From Eledone cirrhosa (taxonomy: Eukaryota), in the NCBI GenBank assembly GCA_964016885.1, contig OZ024747.1:20088001-20152000 (forward strand): a stretch of 64,000 bases of DNA, given 5' to 3'. Below, piece after piece: positions 26,567-40,556 of the stretch (positions are counted from its first letter, which is position 1; each line of letters opens with the position of its first letter). The notes under the pieces were generated by a model, which was given only the letters and a program-made list of their open reading frames with translations, was not told where the DNA came from and did not search any database. The translations under genes and the position numbers were made by a program.

Positions 26567-28069
26567 ATATAATATATATTGTGACCTTTAACATAGCCTT
26601 GAATCAACAAAGATTTACGACTTAACTTCGGTAGATCAAAACAGGCCTGGATACAGAATAAAGAAAAAAAAACAATCAAAATATCCATTACCTAGTGATT
26701 TCATAGACGCAAACACTTCTTTAATTTTGCTTGAAAATTGTGAGATCAATATATGAGGACACTGGTGTTATCAATATATGAGAACACTGGAGTGCTTTCT
26801 GGAATTGAAAGATAATGATATTTTTCTTTTAGTGGCAATGGTGTTTTTAATTATTTATATCGTTGAAATTTTATATTAAAGCAGATTTGATATTATTCGG
26901 AAACCAGCCGCTGTTAAGTTCAGAAAATATCAACTGAATCTGTTTGCATTGATATGTGTATACAAGCATGCAATCGTTCAGTATATTTCCCTCCATCAAA
27001 TTCAGAGGATTTGAGGAGTGTTTGACCGAGTTTTGCTCTTTCCTTTCATTGATTTGGTAATATATCATATATGATATTTTTCTCCACCAGCATTTCTAGG
27101 ACACTACATTAGCATATTATTGCATATCTTTGTGCCTCAATGAATAAAGATATTAGTGAAAATGTATAATCAACGTTGTGAATTAAATTTACCTACTATC
27201 CTTCTCCAGAATGCCTCAACTCAAATCCTACGTCGAAATTTCATTATTTCAAGGATATCGCATTTCATTTCGTGATATAAAACCTATGGCTATGTGTTAA
27301 AATTAAGGTTAATAAAATTGTTCTTTTCTTATACTACAGTTATTTGTTTCCTATTTACTTTGCTATTTGTTTTTGTCAAGTATGTTTAAGAGCAGTTGTC
27401 AACTGTTTTATATAATCTATTACACCGTAGCTAGATGTTATTGTGAGTTTTTATTTATGCTTTGTTAACTTAAAGGTTACACTCTGTGGCAAATCAAGCT
27501 TAAACTGTAGAAACTTGGTTTGTGCTCCAGGAATGAAAATGACCTTTATGTCCCTGATTAAAAAAAAAACGAGTTACCTGTGGTCGGAAATATTATATCA
27601 GATTGACTAACATATTTTAGTGAGTCTGACTTATACTCCCCTAAATTGAGATTTTGGCATAAGTTTAATATGTTAAATTATATCTCTGACTGACGTTTTA
27701 TCTGTATATTTTACTAATTCTTTGAGATGTCTAGGTATTAGAGATAAATAGTTTTTAAAATTAATATTAGCCACATCTAGTATATAGTAGATTTAGATGG
27801 TGTTTTACTGCTATTTCTAACGTCATTTTAATTATGTTGGATTGCCTTAATATTTATAGAGAGATTTGTTCATTTATTAGTTCAACAACGCCAAATTTCT
27901 GGGATTTGGGGGAGCATGGCGCTTCCTTTCGTCACAATTACTCCCAGGTCCACTCTGCCCGACGGGGTAGTACCAGTTAGGGTCCCACTTATGGGTTAAA
28001 TAATCTCAGCAGCAAAGGTTGTCGTGCCCAAAACCTAAATCTACCGACGTGCTTTGCAGGATCCAGTAG

Positions 28070-28390
28070 CTACGCCCCAGCCTGGATAACTGGAAGTAAT
28101 TGGAAGACACGGCTCTGGCAACTGCAATGACAATGGTGCTTGTTGTTGGAGTTTTGTGCAGAACATCAACTTGTCATCACAAATTGCGTTGAAAACAATC
28201 TGGATGCATCCTTGTTTCAAGCACTGGGACCTCAAGGATTATATTTTAGTACCATTCAGCAGACATCTCGCAAGTGCTTTGGTTCACCACAAAAAATCAA
28301 AAATCCAGGTTTGACGAAAGCGACAAGGATTTCAAGAATTGCAGGTGAAAATGAGATCTGCAGCCCTGCTTGCCAGAACCGAGCTTGTCT
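28070..28390 (+). pseudogene. RTE-clade LINE AP-endonuclease remnant with deletions
   Basis: EVIGRHGSGNCNDNG / LLEFCAEHQLVITN / KTIWMHPCFKHWDLKDYILV across frameshifts; typical RTE/BovB APE motifs. Confidence 0.85.
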
Positions 28391-28794
28391 GCATTCAACG
28401 TGGACCATCCCCTTTAAAATTGTGAACTTGGATTTTCTTTCTTCAAGTTGCTCGCACATTCTTCGGTTTGTTTGTTTTCGCTGTTTTTCTCTTTTCTCCC
28501 TGTTTTTCCCTTTCCACTTCTATTTTTCTTCTCTCCCTCCTCCGTTTTCCCAATAACTTATCAGGTTATTGAATGCTCTGGGAGTAGATATATTGTCTTT
28601 AAAGCGTTGAAATATCCCAGACCCACAGTAGAAAACGGATGAGACTCCACCCCCGTTCTTGCTTTCTTCTTATTCTTATCCTTAATTTTATGCCTACCTT
28701 AACTGGGATCAGATGTGTCTTTTCTTTCGTCCACACGCTCTAGAACTTATTTTCAGACTACCTTAACAAGCAACTGCACAGCAATCCTATTCTC

Positions 28795-28873
<79 letters not shown>

Positions 28874-29141
28874 TATTGGACAATGAAACCGCTGAAATCG
28901 TTGCTTGAATTTCTCATTGATTGGTTTCAGACAAAACCCGTATTAAAACACCATCACGAGGTTGACAGCGTATCTTCTGACCTTCCAATTATATAAAATA
29001 TCTGCCTCTTGCCTTACTATTATGTATTAGATTTATTCCTCACATTTGCTCTCTCTTGCATACGACCTTTGTTTTCTGATTCTTTCCCCCACTGACGCCC
29101 ACTCCCCGAACTAATCACTTCACACTAATCCCATTATCACT

Positions 29142-29270
29142 CTTCTTCTTCTTCTTCTTCTTCTTCTTCTTCTTCTTCTTCTTCTTCTTCTTCTTCTTCT
29201 TCTTCTTCTTCTTCTTCTTCTTCTTCTTCTTCTTCTTCTTCTTCTTCTCCTCCTCCTCCTCCTCCTCCTC

Positions 29271-29357
<87 letters not shown>
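29142..29357. repeat. Compound microsatellite (TTC)n(TCC)n(TC)n(TA)n
   Basis: Directly visible in sequence. Confidence 0.95.
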
Positions 29358-29359
<2 letters not shown>

Positions 29360-29509
29360 CATATATATGTAATTCTATGTATGTAGCTCTGTGTATATAT
29401 GTATATGTGTCTTTCTAAGGATTTGCATATACATTTGAATAATATCTGTCTCTAGGTTTATTTAATTATTGTCTATCTTGCAATTATTCTTCGCTCTATT
29501 CTGCACCTA

Positions 29510-29610
<101 letters not shown>

Positions 29611-29683
29611 ATGTATATTTGTATCTATATATATGCGTGCGCACACAAACGCATACCTGTCTATGTACTGAAGTATGTATGTA

Positions 29684-29760
<77 letters not shown>

Positions 29761-30889
29761 ATATGTGTGTTTATGTGTGAGTGTATCAGTGTGTGTGTGT
29801 TAGTGTGTGTGTGTGTGTGTGCGTGCGTCTGTGTCAGTGTGTGTGTGTATGTGAATCCACCAGACTTGCCTGCCTGCTTGATTGTCGGGCTGTTTTATAT
29901 ATTGATGTTTTAAAGTGTTTCTCTATAGTTGATCAATCAATCTTACACATCACCAATCTTAATTTGCTTTCAATTAGATTGAACTGCCTATAGTCTAGAC
30001 ATTCCTTTCTTCATCTCTCAATCACCTCAATCCAATATTACTATCTTACCACGCTCATCTCCATCACCACCACCACCCTTTACTACCACTACGGCTGCAT
30101 ATTTACTATAATGGCATTCACCTATTGTCAGAACATACCGCATCATTACAACATCTACCCTGTTGGACCAACGAGGGATCTTCTACGCAGTCGTTTTCTC
30201 AGCTAGAAATCGCAGCTAATGATTTCTCTCATTGCACATTTTCATGTTAGAAAAAGTAAGTATTCCTGCATTATATAGCGCTATTTACCCTGTTTGAAAT
30301 GCTAATGCAATAGACTTGGCTGCTAAACTTGGATTGTAGCTGCACTTGATAAAACCTTACTCATTTAAATAGAAATTATATCAATATTCAATCACCTATG
30401 TGCTATATCAACTCACATTCGACGTACTAGAATGAAGAGCAAAATATATGTTAAATCATAGCACATTGTTCTCAAAAATAAAATGTATCTGTTAATTAAG
30501 TACTAGTTATATTAAGGCTGAAAATAACATAGACAGAATGGTCATTACTTTAATACTATGCTTTACATATCTGCTTCTTCCTGATTAATATTAAGGCTAA
30601 TTTAAAACTACACTATGCAATCGTTCGATCTGTTACAAATAGCAGTCAAAGTTAGCCCAAATCAAATCCAATTTAGAAAAACAAAAGAAAAACGAAGGAA
30701 GGATTATATAGTTCTAAATTGACTGTGTAAGGAAAATGAAAACTTATAACGAAAAACAACGCAGCCTGATACCGTTAGGTCATGATCCAAAGGATATACT
30801 TGATTCTACAAAAGGTTAACTAAAGAGTTCCTATTAAGTGGTCGTTGTATAAAAGAAATTATATGTATGTTTATATCTGAAAATATCTA

Positions 30890-30969
30890 TTGGGTCGGCA
30901 AGTATAAAACTTGTAGCAATTTGTTTATTTTTCTAGAAATTTCCACAAATTTCAAACTTGACGACCCAA
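30890..30969. mobile_element. 80-bp mariner-type MITE
   Basis: TA|ttgggtcggcaagt ... acttgacgacccaa|TA (TIR 13/14, TA target duplication). Confidence 0.7.
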
Positions 30970-32499
30970 TATTTTATATCTAATATACAATCTTTATTTT
31001 TAATATATTATCTTTATATCAAATATAGGTAAAAGAAAACACATTTTCGGAAAGACAATAATCGATTATATTAATATCAGTACTTGAGTGATAATTATTT
31101 TAAGTTCTCAGAAAGAAGGAATTGCAATGTTTCCACCGGCAAGAAGAAAATATATTTTCCCGCTGCTCTCCTTATTCTGTTCATCAATCAGTAAGTATTA
31201 TTTGAAGTGATATTGCCTTAGAAATAATAGTTGAGGTACGTCTATTGGGTTGAGATTTAAATAATTAGTTAGATTGATAAGTATATAGAAATAGGTAATA
31301 TAGGTTCATCGAATATTGACATTCTGCATGTTTCAAATGAGACACAGAATTAACTTCCCCCACCCCCACACACCTCAACACCACCACACACTCACATTTT
31401 GGACCACGCTGATGTCGCTGATACTATCCCTCAGGTAATTAATAAATTCATTTATTTTAAACAATTGTAGGGGAAGGGTAGCAACAATAATAATTTAATT
31501 TTCGGGGCTTGGAACCTGAAAATCAGGCCCGAAATTTTCCCAGTCTCAACAAGGCTGAAAGCATCTAAGAATCAGATTTTGTTCTTAAACGAAATAGCTG
31601 ATTAAGTTTGCCACCCAAAATTCAGAAGGCGATGAGTCGGTACTAATCACACAACATGATACTCAAAGAAGTGTGTCGTTCCAACAACCGGGACTATTAA
31701 GTTTCTGTATTGAACCTGAATGGGTTGAAGGTAAAATTGGCCCATGTTGATTTATATTCAGAATACAAAGACATAGAGAAAACAATGCAAGGCATTTTGT
31801 CCTCTCACGCTTCACCGCACTTTACAAATTCTGTCACTCGTAACTATCTTAGTTGAGAAAAATTTGAATATCCGCACAAACTCAAATCATGCCCGAGTTT
31901 CTCAGCCAAAGCATTCCAAGAGATTGCTAGCAACAGATGTATCTTTACAATATTGAACCTGTCTATAATTTTATTCGCTTGATATACAAAGAAAGAAGAC
32001 AGAAAATTGATAGAATAAATGATTAAACAGGTCGTCAAAGAAATCAAAGTATAAGTTAGAGAGAGAAGAAAAAAAATAACTGTTGAAGATAAGAAAACAG
32101 ACTAAAATTTCTACGCTTTAATAAAATCCTAGTTTATCACAGTTGAAAACATGTTGAGACCGAACACTACAAAGAAGATTAATACTATTTTGTTAAACCA
32201 TCAAAAAAGACATTATTATGAGAAATAGTCGCTTTCGATTTCTTTGATGGTTTGTTAATAATATCAAGTAGCTCCTAGATCTTAGTTGGAATCTATTATT
32301 ATCATTATATTAGATGTTGCTTCTGCTGCATCTTTAGTTGTTGTTGTTGTTGTTGATGTTGTTATTGTTGATTACGTCGTTAGTGTCGTATATGTGTGAT
32401 TGCAAAAGTTGAGTTGAGTGAAATATTTAGAGCGGACCAATGGCAATAATTTGCATAGTTCGAGTGGGTGGCACTGGTATAAATGACGTTATATATATA

Positions 32500-33014
32500 C
32501 TAGCAAATGACCCCCGTCCATTGGACGGTGTCAGTTCTTGGTAGGGCTGCAATGTTAATGGTCAATTTCCGTGTTGTATATTTAACTTGGAGGATAATTT
32601 TACCTGATCAACTCTTTCAATAAAAAAAAATGAGACGGTATTCAAAAAGAGCAAGTTTTATTTACAGATATGTGTTATTAAAATGTGAACATAGAGAAAT
32701 GTATCGTTAGCCGTGTCGGTTGAACAATGTGTATTTTAAAACATCCATCATGTACACACACACACAAACACATACACACACAAACATACACACACATACA
32801 CACAAACACACACACATACGCACACAATCCCAAGACGTGACGTTGTGGAAGGGGGAGAGTTAAGAAGTGTAATAAATAAGTTAAAATTATAAACGCTGTA
32901 TTTATCATATTCGCGTCACACACACTCCTCTCTTTCTTTATTTTACTCTCTCTCTCTCACTCCTCTCTTTCTATCTCCCTCTCACACATCTTTCTCTCTC
33001 TGGCCGTTATGGTA

Positions 33015-33048
<34 letters not shown>

Positions 33049-33381
33049 CACGCACACATACACACACAAACACATACACACACATATACACTCGCACATA
33101 CACATACAATCCCATAACGTCGTGTTGTGGAAGGGGGAGAGTTAAGAAGTGTGTAAAAGGAACGCTCTCTCTCTTTATGGCCGTCATGGAATTTGTTAGT
33201 GCAAAAGTCTATAAGATTATAAAATCGAAGTTTGTGACTTCGAAATTATGAAATAATTTTTTCTTGATGTTACAAACGGTAGCCTATTTTGGCTATGTGT
33301 TTAATTTGACAGAGATCGATGGAATATTTTCCAAGTGAAACTCTTTTACACACACACACAGAACGGGAATTATATATAAGA
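32500..33381 (-). mobile_element. Non-autonomous Helitron (882 bp)
   Basis: Minus strand starts TCTTATATATAA (33381) and ends CTAG (32500) followed by T; hairpin ccgtcca-t-tggacgg at 32514-32528. Confidence 0.93.
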
Positions 33382-36300
33382 TTAGCAAATGACCCCCGTC
33401 CATTGGACGGTGTCAGTTCTTGGTAGGGCTGCAATGTTAATGGTCAATTTCCGTGTTGTATGTTTAACTTGGAGGATAATTTTACCTGATCAACTCTTTC
33501 AATAAAACAAAATGAGACGGTATTCAAAAAGAGCAAGTTTTATTTACAGATATGTGTCATTAAAATGTTAACATAGAGAAATGTATCGTTAGCCGTGTCG
33601 GTCGAACAATGTGTAATTTTTTTTATTAATAACCGAAAGACAAACAGTAAATGAGACTGGATGTCAAACCATTTTGGATTGCATGTAAAGGTGATAAAAA
33701 GATCAGGACGGCCACAATGGCGGACATAGGTCAGAGCATCCTGCATTTTTTCATGCATGTAACGGGGGCCTCCAGTGTATGATGATGGGTGAATGACAGA
33801 AAGCCCAACATCCGAAGCATTAGCCTGATCATTTCGGTTTACTTCGTCACGTAGATTGCCGTATTCTTCTGAACGCAGTTCCTTTTGATGATGTCTTATC
33901 CATTGGAGGCGTTCAGTGTCAATCTTAGCAAATATGTCTACACAGTATTGATTGAGGAGCATCCGTAGTCTATGCAGAATGTTGACGTCGTTTTTGCGAA
34001 ACATAAGTCTAAATGCATAAAATTCCATTTGTGAAATGGTTTTCCCTGGTGTAAGATGCATTAAACTTACAGGATTACACTTTTGCAAATCAATGCGGTA
34101 GCCATCGTCGCCAAAGGGGAACAGCAATGGATACTGGAGAGCATCATATGCGGGATGAAGTTCATTTATTTTTTGAAGATGCGAGTCCTGCCATTCAATA
34201 ACAATATCACGGTTTGAAGCGCTCTGATTAGGACGTGTTATAATCACCGCAACTTCATCGGTTTGGGGTCTATTAAAGCAACCCTGATGCTGCCCTGGTG
34301 GAGCGCGGTCATTTCGAATGACAACCTTGTATTGATTGTTGTTAGCATCTCTACGTTGTAAAGCAGTTTTGAAAATGGTGATGTACGGGTTTATGGAATG
34401 AAGCATATATTGAAGGGGCTGCAGAAGAGAAGGTGTCGTTCCTTTAGCAACTGAAGCCCTTCGTGCAATTTCTTCAGGTCCGTTGCCCACAAAGTAGATC
34501 TGGAAAAAACTGTGTTCCTTGCCATCTTGTGGAATAAGTGATCCTATTTGATGGTAAATTTGGCCTTGCACTTTAAATGTGGGCATATAATTCCCATCTT
34601 TTATTGGTGTATGACCAAAGCTTGTCATTTGGAAAGCCGAATTGTAGGCTCTTATATTTCTGAAAAAGTGTTAGAATCAGGGTGGTCTCCAAGCAGCAAA
34701 GAATTCAAAGGTTCGGCACCGACTTGTAAATAAGGCAATCTAACCGTTCCATTGGAGCAACATATACCGGTAGATTCCGCTGGCCACCTCATTGCATTAC
34801 AATGGACGCAAACAGTTGACATACTACCAATGATGATATGTGGATGGGATGCGTAGTCCTCTTGGGGGTTGTATTGAAAACCTTTCTTAGACCAGTAACA
34901 GGAAGAATCCCTCGGAAAGACATAAGTACGCATTTTCCGTTGAGAATCAGCCGCAAGCCTTGTTGCCCTTTGGTCAACAGTCTCTAAAACACGGCTATTG
35001 GAATTAGAAGCAGCATTGCGAGCACGCCGGAGTTCTGCTTGTTCAGCTTTCTGTAATGCTGTGATGTTCAAAGTAGAGGCAGCATTGTGAGGACGCTGGA
35101 GTTCTGCTTGATCAGTTGTTTGTCATGCTCTGGCGATCGAGGTAGAAGCAGCATTGCGAGCACGCCGTAGCACACATTGTTCTTCTGTTTCGTTTGCGCG
35201 CAAAGAACGCAAAGCAAAAGCATTTTTTGTTTTTTTTCCAATGTTCCTCTTTTTTTTTCGAGGCATTCTACCGAAAATATGTAATTGAATAAAGCTGATA
35301 CAAATCAATTAAAAGAAATAAATAGTTGTGTACAATGTGTAAATTTTTGTAATAATAAGCAAGACGAAAAAGTATATTTTATCATCTGCTTTTTCTACAC
35401 GGGAATTATATATTAGATTTTCATACTTACAAAATAATTTTGCTAATATCGTGTTTAGCAGTGTCGGTTGAGCAATGTGTAAATATTTGATTAAAAACCA
35501 AAAGACAAACAGTAAATATATTTCAACCTCTGAATAAGTATTAAAGAAATGACGATTTTCACTTTGAAAATATGATTTATGACATCAAAACCGCTTTAGA
35601 GTTTAATTTTTTGAATAAAAAGTATCGTCTGTTATTTCTTACAATTAACACATTTATACACACACATGCACACACGCACACACATACGCACGTACACACA
35701 CACACAAACACATACACACACACACATACACACATACACACAAACACACACACATACACACACACACATACACACACACATACACACACACACATACACA
35801 CACAATCCCAAGACGTGACATTGTGGAAGGGGGAGAGTTAAGAAGTGTAATAAATAAGTTAAAATTATAAACACTATATTTATCGCTAAAGTATCGTCTG
35901 TTATTTCTTACAATTAACACATTTATACACATACACACACACATGCACACACGCACACACATACGCACATACACACACACACAAACACATACACACCCAT
36001 ACACACACAAACACACACACATACACACACACACATACGCACACAATCCCAAGACGTGACGTTGTGGAAGGGGGAGAGTTAAGAAGTGTAATAAATAAGT
36101 TAAAATTATAAACGCTGTATTTATCATATTCGCGTCACACACAATCCTCTCTTTCTTTATTTTACTCTCTCTCTCACTCCTCTCTTTCTATCTCCCTCTC
36201 ACACATCCTTCTCTCTCTGGCCGTTATGGAAATTACACACACACACACACACATGCACGCACACATACACACACAAACACATACACACACATATACACAC

Positions 36301-36592
36301 GCACACACACAATCCCATAACGTCGTGTTGTGGAAGAGGGAGAGTTAAGAACTGTGTAAAAGGAACGCTCTCTCTCTTTAATGGCCGTCATGGAACTTGT
36401 TAGTGCAAAAGCCTATAAGATTATAAAATCGAAGTTTGTGACTTCGAAATTAATCATTATGAAATCATTTTTTCTTTATGTTACAAACCGTAGCCTATTT
36501 TGGCTATGTGTTTAATTTGACAGAGATCGATGGAATATTTTCCAAGTGAAACTCTTTTACACACACACACAGAACGGGAATTATATATAAGA
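33382..36592 (-). mobile_element. Longer Helitron of the same family containing a nested RepHel fragment
   Basis: Same 5' end (A|TCTTATATATAA at 36592) and same hairpin and 3' region (terminal CTAA variant at 33382), abutting the short copy; internal ~270-bp tandem duplication at 35619-36120. Confidence 0.92.
33651..35266 (-). pseudogene. Helitron RepHel N-terminal half, truncated just after Rep motif 1
   Basis: MPRKKKR..., CVHCNAMRWPAE..CCSNG zinc finger, FKVQGQIYH, YDALQYPLLFPFG, PSSYTGGPRYM, GRPDLFITFTCNPKW. Stop at about 35123, frameshift at about 34640; no HUH motif or helicase. Confidence 0.95.
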
Positions 36593-36595
36593 TAT

Positions 36596-36795
36596 AGGAA
36601 AAAGGTCAGGACCCCGACGACTGAGGTCCGGCGTTTCGACAGCTTGATGCGAATAGTTCGAATCTAGCTGTCGAAACCGCCGGAGCTTAGCCGTCGGGGT
36701 CCTGCCTCTCTTCCTTTTACCCACTCTATTACTCTACGTTTCGAGTACTCTGGTGCATTATCGTCCACCTGGTATCTTACCATATCACCTTTGTT
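36596..36795 (+). mobile_element. Short fold-back element of family A (hammerhead 3' halves plus tail)
   Basis: Hairpin 36596-36715 centred near 36655, each arm with GAAAC...GTC-GGGGTCC; tail 36710-36795 is homologous to the reverse complement of 1259-1343; (TA)n downstream. Confidence 0.78.
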
Positions 36796-36814
36796 ATATA
36801 TACATATATATATA

Positions 36815-36874
<60 letters not shown>

Positions 36875-36903
36875 TTATACAGTATATATATATATATATA
36901 TAT

Positions 36904-37555
36904 ATGGTAAATAATGACACAAATGGGACCTGCCCATTGTATAGGAGCAAATTTAGGAATAGAATAGAAAGAACTAGGAATAAGGCTAATAGAATAAACT
37001 CATGGTATGATAGCAATAAATACCAGAGTGTAATGTTCACCGATACAACTCCTAGAGGTGAATTAGCTTACAAATTTAGAAGGGCCCTAGATAAACATAA
37101 ACTCAATATTAAGATAGTAGAATGACCAGGTACCTCCATAAAAACACTTATTAGCAAGAACTCCCTGTATAGATAAGACCTCCCTGTATAGATAAGACAT
37201 GTATAATCTGTAAATTAAGCCCCCATATTAACTGTAAAACTAGAAATGTAGTATATAGCATAAGATGTACTGAAGGACAATGTAGAGATAAAAATATAGT
37301 GTACATAGGTGAGAAAGCTCGTAGTATAGGGGAACGGATAAATGAACACTGGCGAGACCTTCAAGGTAGTAAAGAATCATCCGTACTCTACCAACATGCT
37401 AAAATAGTACATAAGGGTAAATTAGAGAACATAGAAATAAAAATAGAATCTACACACAGAAAAGACGCATTGCTTAGACAAAATCACAGAGGCAATAAAC
37501 ATAAATGAATTACAACCAAAATTAAATAGAAAACATGAGTGGAACAGCAACATCA
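36904..37555 (+). pseudogene. Penelope-like element ORF remnant: post-RT linker and GIY-YIG endonuclease
   Basis: PLYRS...TTPRGELA...KIVE*PG...CKTRNVVYSIRC...YIGEKARSIGERINEH...SVLYQH; stop codon, frameshifts and a 19-bp tandem duplication at 37161-37198. Confidence 0.9.
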
Positions 37556-37769
37556 CAACTTGCAATTAAGGACAAAATGAAAACACATACGCACATAGAA
37601 CAGACAACCAACCAGTAACATGTAAATAAACAAATAAATAAACGAATATAAACACACACAGATACCCGGATGTAACACATGCGCAAACTAAGCACACAAC
37701 ACACACAAAAAAAAGATGGCGTAGGACAGAACAAAGGAGAGGCACAAAAAACAACGAAAATAATCCCCA

Positions 37770-37813
37770 ATGACTGAAGAGGTCACACAATGTGTGACGA
37801 AAGAACTTTGACA
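37770..37813 (+). ncRNA. Hammerhead motif in the 3' pLTR region of the Penelope-like element
   Basis: CTGAAGA-G-GTCACAC-AAT-GTGTGAC-GAAAGAACTT. Perfect 7-bp helix II between both conserved boxes; helices I and III weak. Confidence 0.75.
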
Positions 37814-38017
37814 ATATATAAACAACCATGTGGTTGTGGAACCAACCAACCAACCGGAAATTTATAAATTCCTAAATTTGTAAATTTATTATAATAAATT
37901 GAAGTGAAACAACTGGCGCGTGTGTTTCTTATTGGCAACATGACCCTCACAAATTATAACAATATCGGTTTCAACACACGTTTTCAGATAAAGAATCTTG
38001 CTAACCAAATTCAGAAA

Positions 38018-38094
<77 letters not shown>

Positions 38095-38213
38095 TAATAA
38101 TAAATTTGAAGACTAAAATCAAATAGGGCTCGATAAGGATAAATATATTTAGATTCAGAAGATGCCGTTAAGGGTGAAAGTAGCGATTCTTTGCTTAAAC
38201 TTTAATCTGTTAA

Positions 38214-38267
<54 letters not shown>

Positions 38268-39099
38268 TTATATATATTCCCAATGACAAAGTTTTTTAGC
38301 TGGGGTTCGATAGAATGCACACAGCTAATGTCAATCGTTTGCGTTTCTCGAAGAAAAGAGGAAATATTTCCAAGAAATCAGGAATTCATTTCACCGAAAG
38401 TTGAATTCCCATGCTTGTCGTTGTCAGCAGGTAAGGTGATTACTCTGTGTGTGTGTGTGTGTGTGTGTGCGTGCCTGCGTGAGTGTGTGTGTGCATTATT
38501 GGTTTTGCTTAATTTGTCTGTTGCTGTAAATTTTGTTGGCACTGTAATTGTGTTGTGGCTGATGTGATTCTTTTCCTAGTATGTTTCTCTTGGGATTGGC
38601 AACATTGTTAGAGCACTGAACAAAATGCCTTGCGGTATTTATGTTTTGAATTCAAATTCTATCAATACTAAAATGTTGCCGTTCATCCTTCCGGGTATAT
38701 CCACCTTCCACTATATTCTTGGCCTGGTGTCTATGTCCCAAACGATTATTACAATTTTATAATTACCAATAGATCTTGTATTTGTTATAGAAGCATAAAA
38801 AAACTTAGTTGTAGGGGTATTAGTGGTATTGTTATTTCAATAAATGATGTATATATAATATATACACACCCATGCATATGGAAACACATTCATACACACG
38901 CATCACTGTATAGCGTTGTGTATTATACATACATTCTTCAATGTACGTAAAAAAACATACAATTGTTTAGATTACCGACGCACACGTATGCAGATAGAAA
39001 CATATTGATACGTGAGCACGGGCATATATATGAGCATACGAATATATATATATTCGTGTGTATATAAATATATATATATATATGTATGTATATATATGT

Positions 39100-39134
<35 letters not shown>

Positions 39135-40362
39135 ATGTTTTGTGAGTGTATGCGTGTATACATATTCATTAATTGAATTATCTTCCTAAGAAAATATAAT
39201 TTTCGCAAAACGTGCCAAGATAGACAGAACAAACATTATTTTATCTTGGTTTCCTAAAATATTTTTTGTTTGCTTGTTGTTATTTTTCTGTTATTGTTTT
39301 TTCAATCTCTTGCTTCCATCTATCTTTCAACAATTCTGCGCCATCTGCTCTCCAGCTAGCCACAAATATCTACTGCTATACCACCTCTTCTCTTGCTTGC
39401 AATTTCAACAATTTTTCCTCTACCCACTTCTTTTCTTGCATCACTAAACATTTTTTGTTACATTTATATTTTACCTTTTATATTTTTTGATAATATTCTA
39501 GAATATTCTTACTTAAACGTCTGTTAAGGCCGCTATTATTTTGTACATTGAAAATTTAAAGAGAATCACAGCTGGGCAACTTAATTAGGTGTAATTCTTT
39601 TAGCTGAAGGATTGAAAATTCGTATCTTGTCACTATTTATGTACAGCTTATTTTCCTAGTTTCCATTTCATCTCTCTCCGCCACAGCACAACCGCAACTA
39701 CCACTATCACTACACCACCAACATCACTCATACAAAACAAACCAACACTTCATTGTCACACAGTTTACCTAACCGTAAATACGTATTATGAGAAAATACA
39801 CATTACTTACCGCAGGGTAGACATTTGATGAGTTATTTTCACTACTTAGAACTATGTTGTTATATAGGTCTCACTAGATATCTCCTCTAACGTTCATTTC
39901 ATTAATCATGTCGATCTAGCTGTTAAACTCTATTGCACGTTGCCACAGTTCAGAGGACAATTGGTAAGCACTTATTATGTCAACAGCCGCTATTATACTT
40001 TGCTCCGAGCTGATGTTCAATACTTTCTGATATCTCCAGCCAGCTGCTTTTGAAAAAGTATGTTGCTGTAGCCTGAGTGATGGTTGAATATTTTGCTATC
40101 TGTTACATTTTGTCTTTGTATGGTAGTCTTTTGCTTCCATTCAACAACGAGAGAAGTTTATTAAGATCTTTCTCCCGCCAAAGTTTCCTGTATTTCTCTA
40201 CATTATTTTCATTATTCTATCGCGTGGCGACACGGGTAGCGGTTCGGACTTCATCGTCTACTTATGTATGGCGTGGCCATTCTGTGTCGGAAGATCGAAT
40301 CGAGGGCACGCAGCCCGAACTATTTGCAGTTTGCTATATGCTGGACCGCTCAAGCAATCATT

Positions 40363-40556
40363 TAGGGCGGTGGATTGGCAGTATCGGTAGAGGGTCGGAC
40401 GCCATGCTTTGGTGCATAGAGTTACGGTCCTTGCCATTCTGAGTTCAAATCCCGCCGAGGTTAACTTTGCCTTTGATCCTTACGGGGTCGATAAAATAAA
40501 GTACCAGTAATGCATTGAGTAACTGCTGGCCTTGTGCTAAAAGTAGAAACAATTAT
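40363..40556 (+). mobile_element. tRNA-derived SINE (major family, full length)
   Basis: agggcggtggattggcagtatcgg...gagttcaaatcccgccgagg...gtagaaacaatt. Confidence 0.93.
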
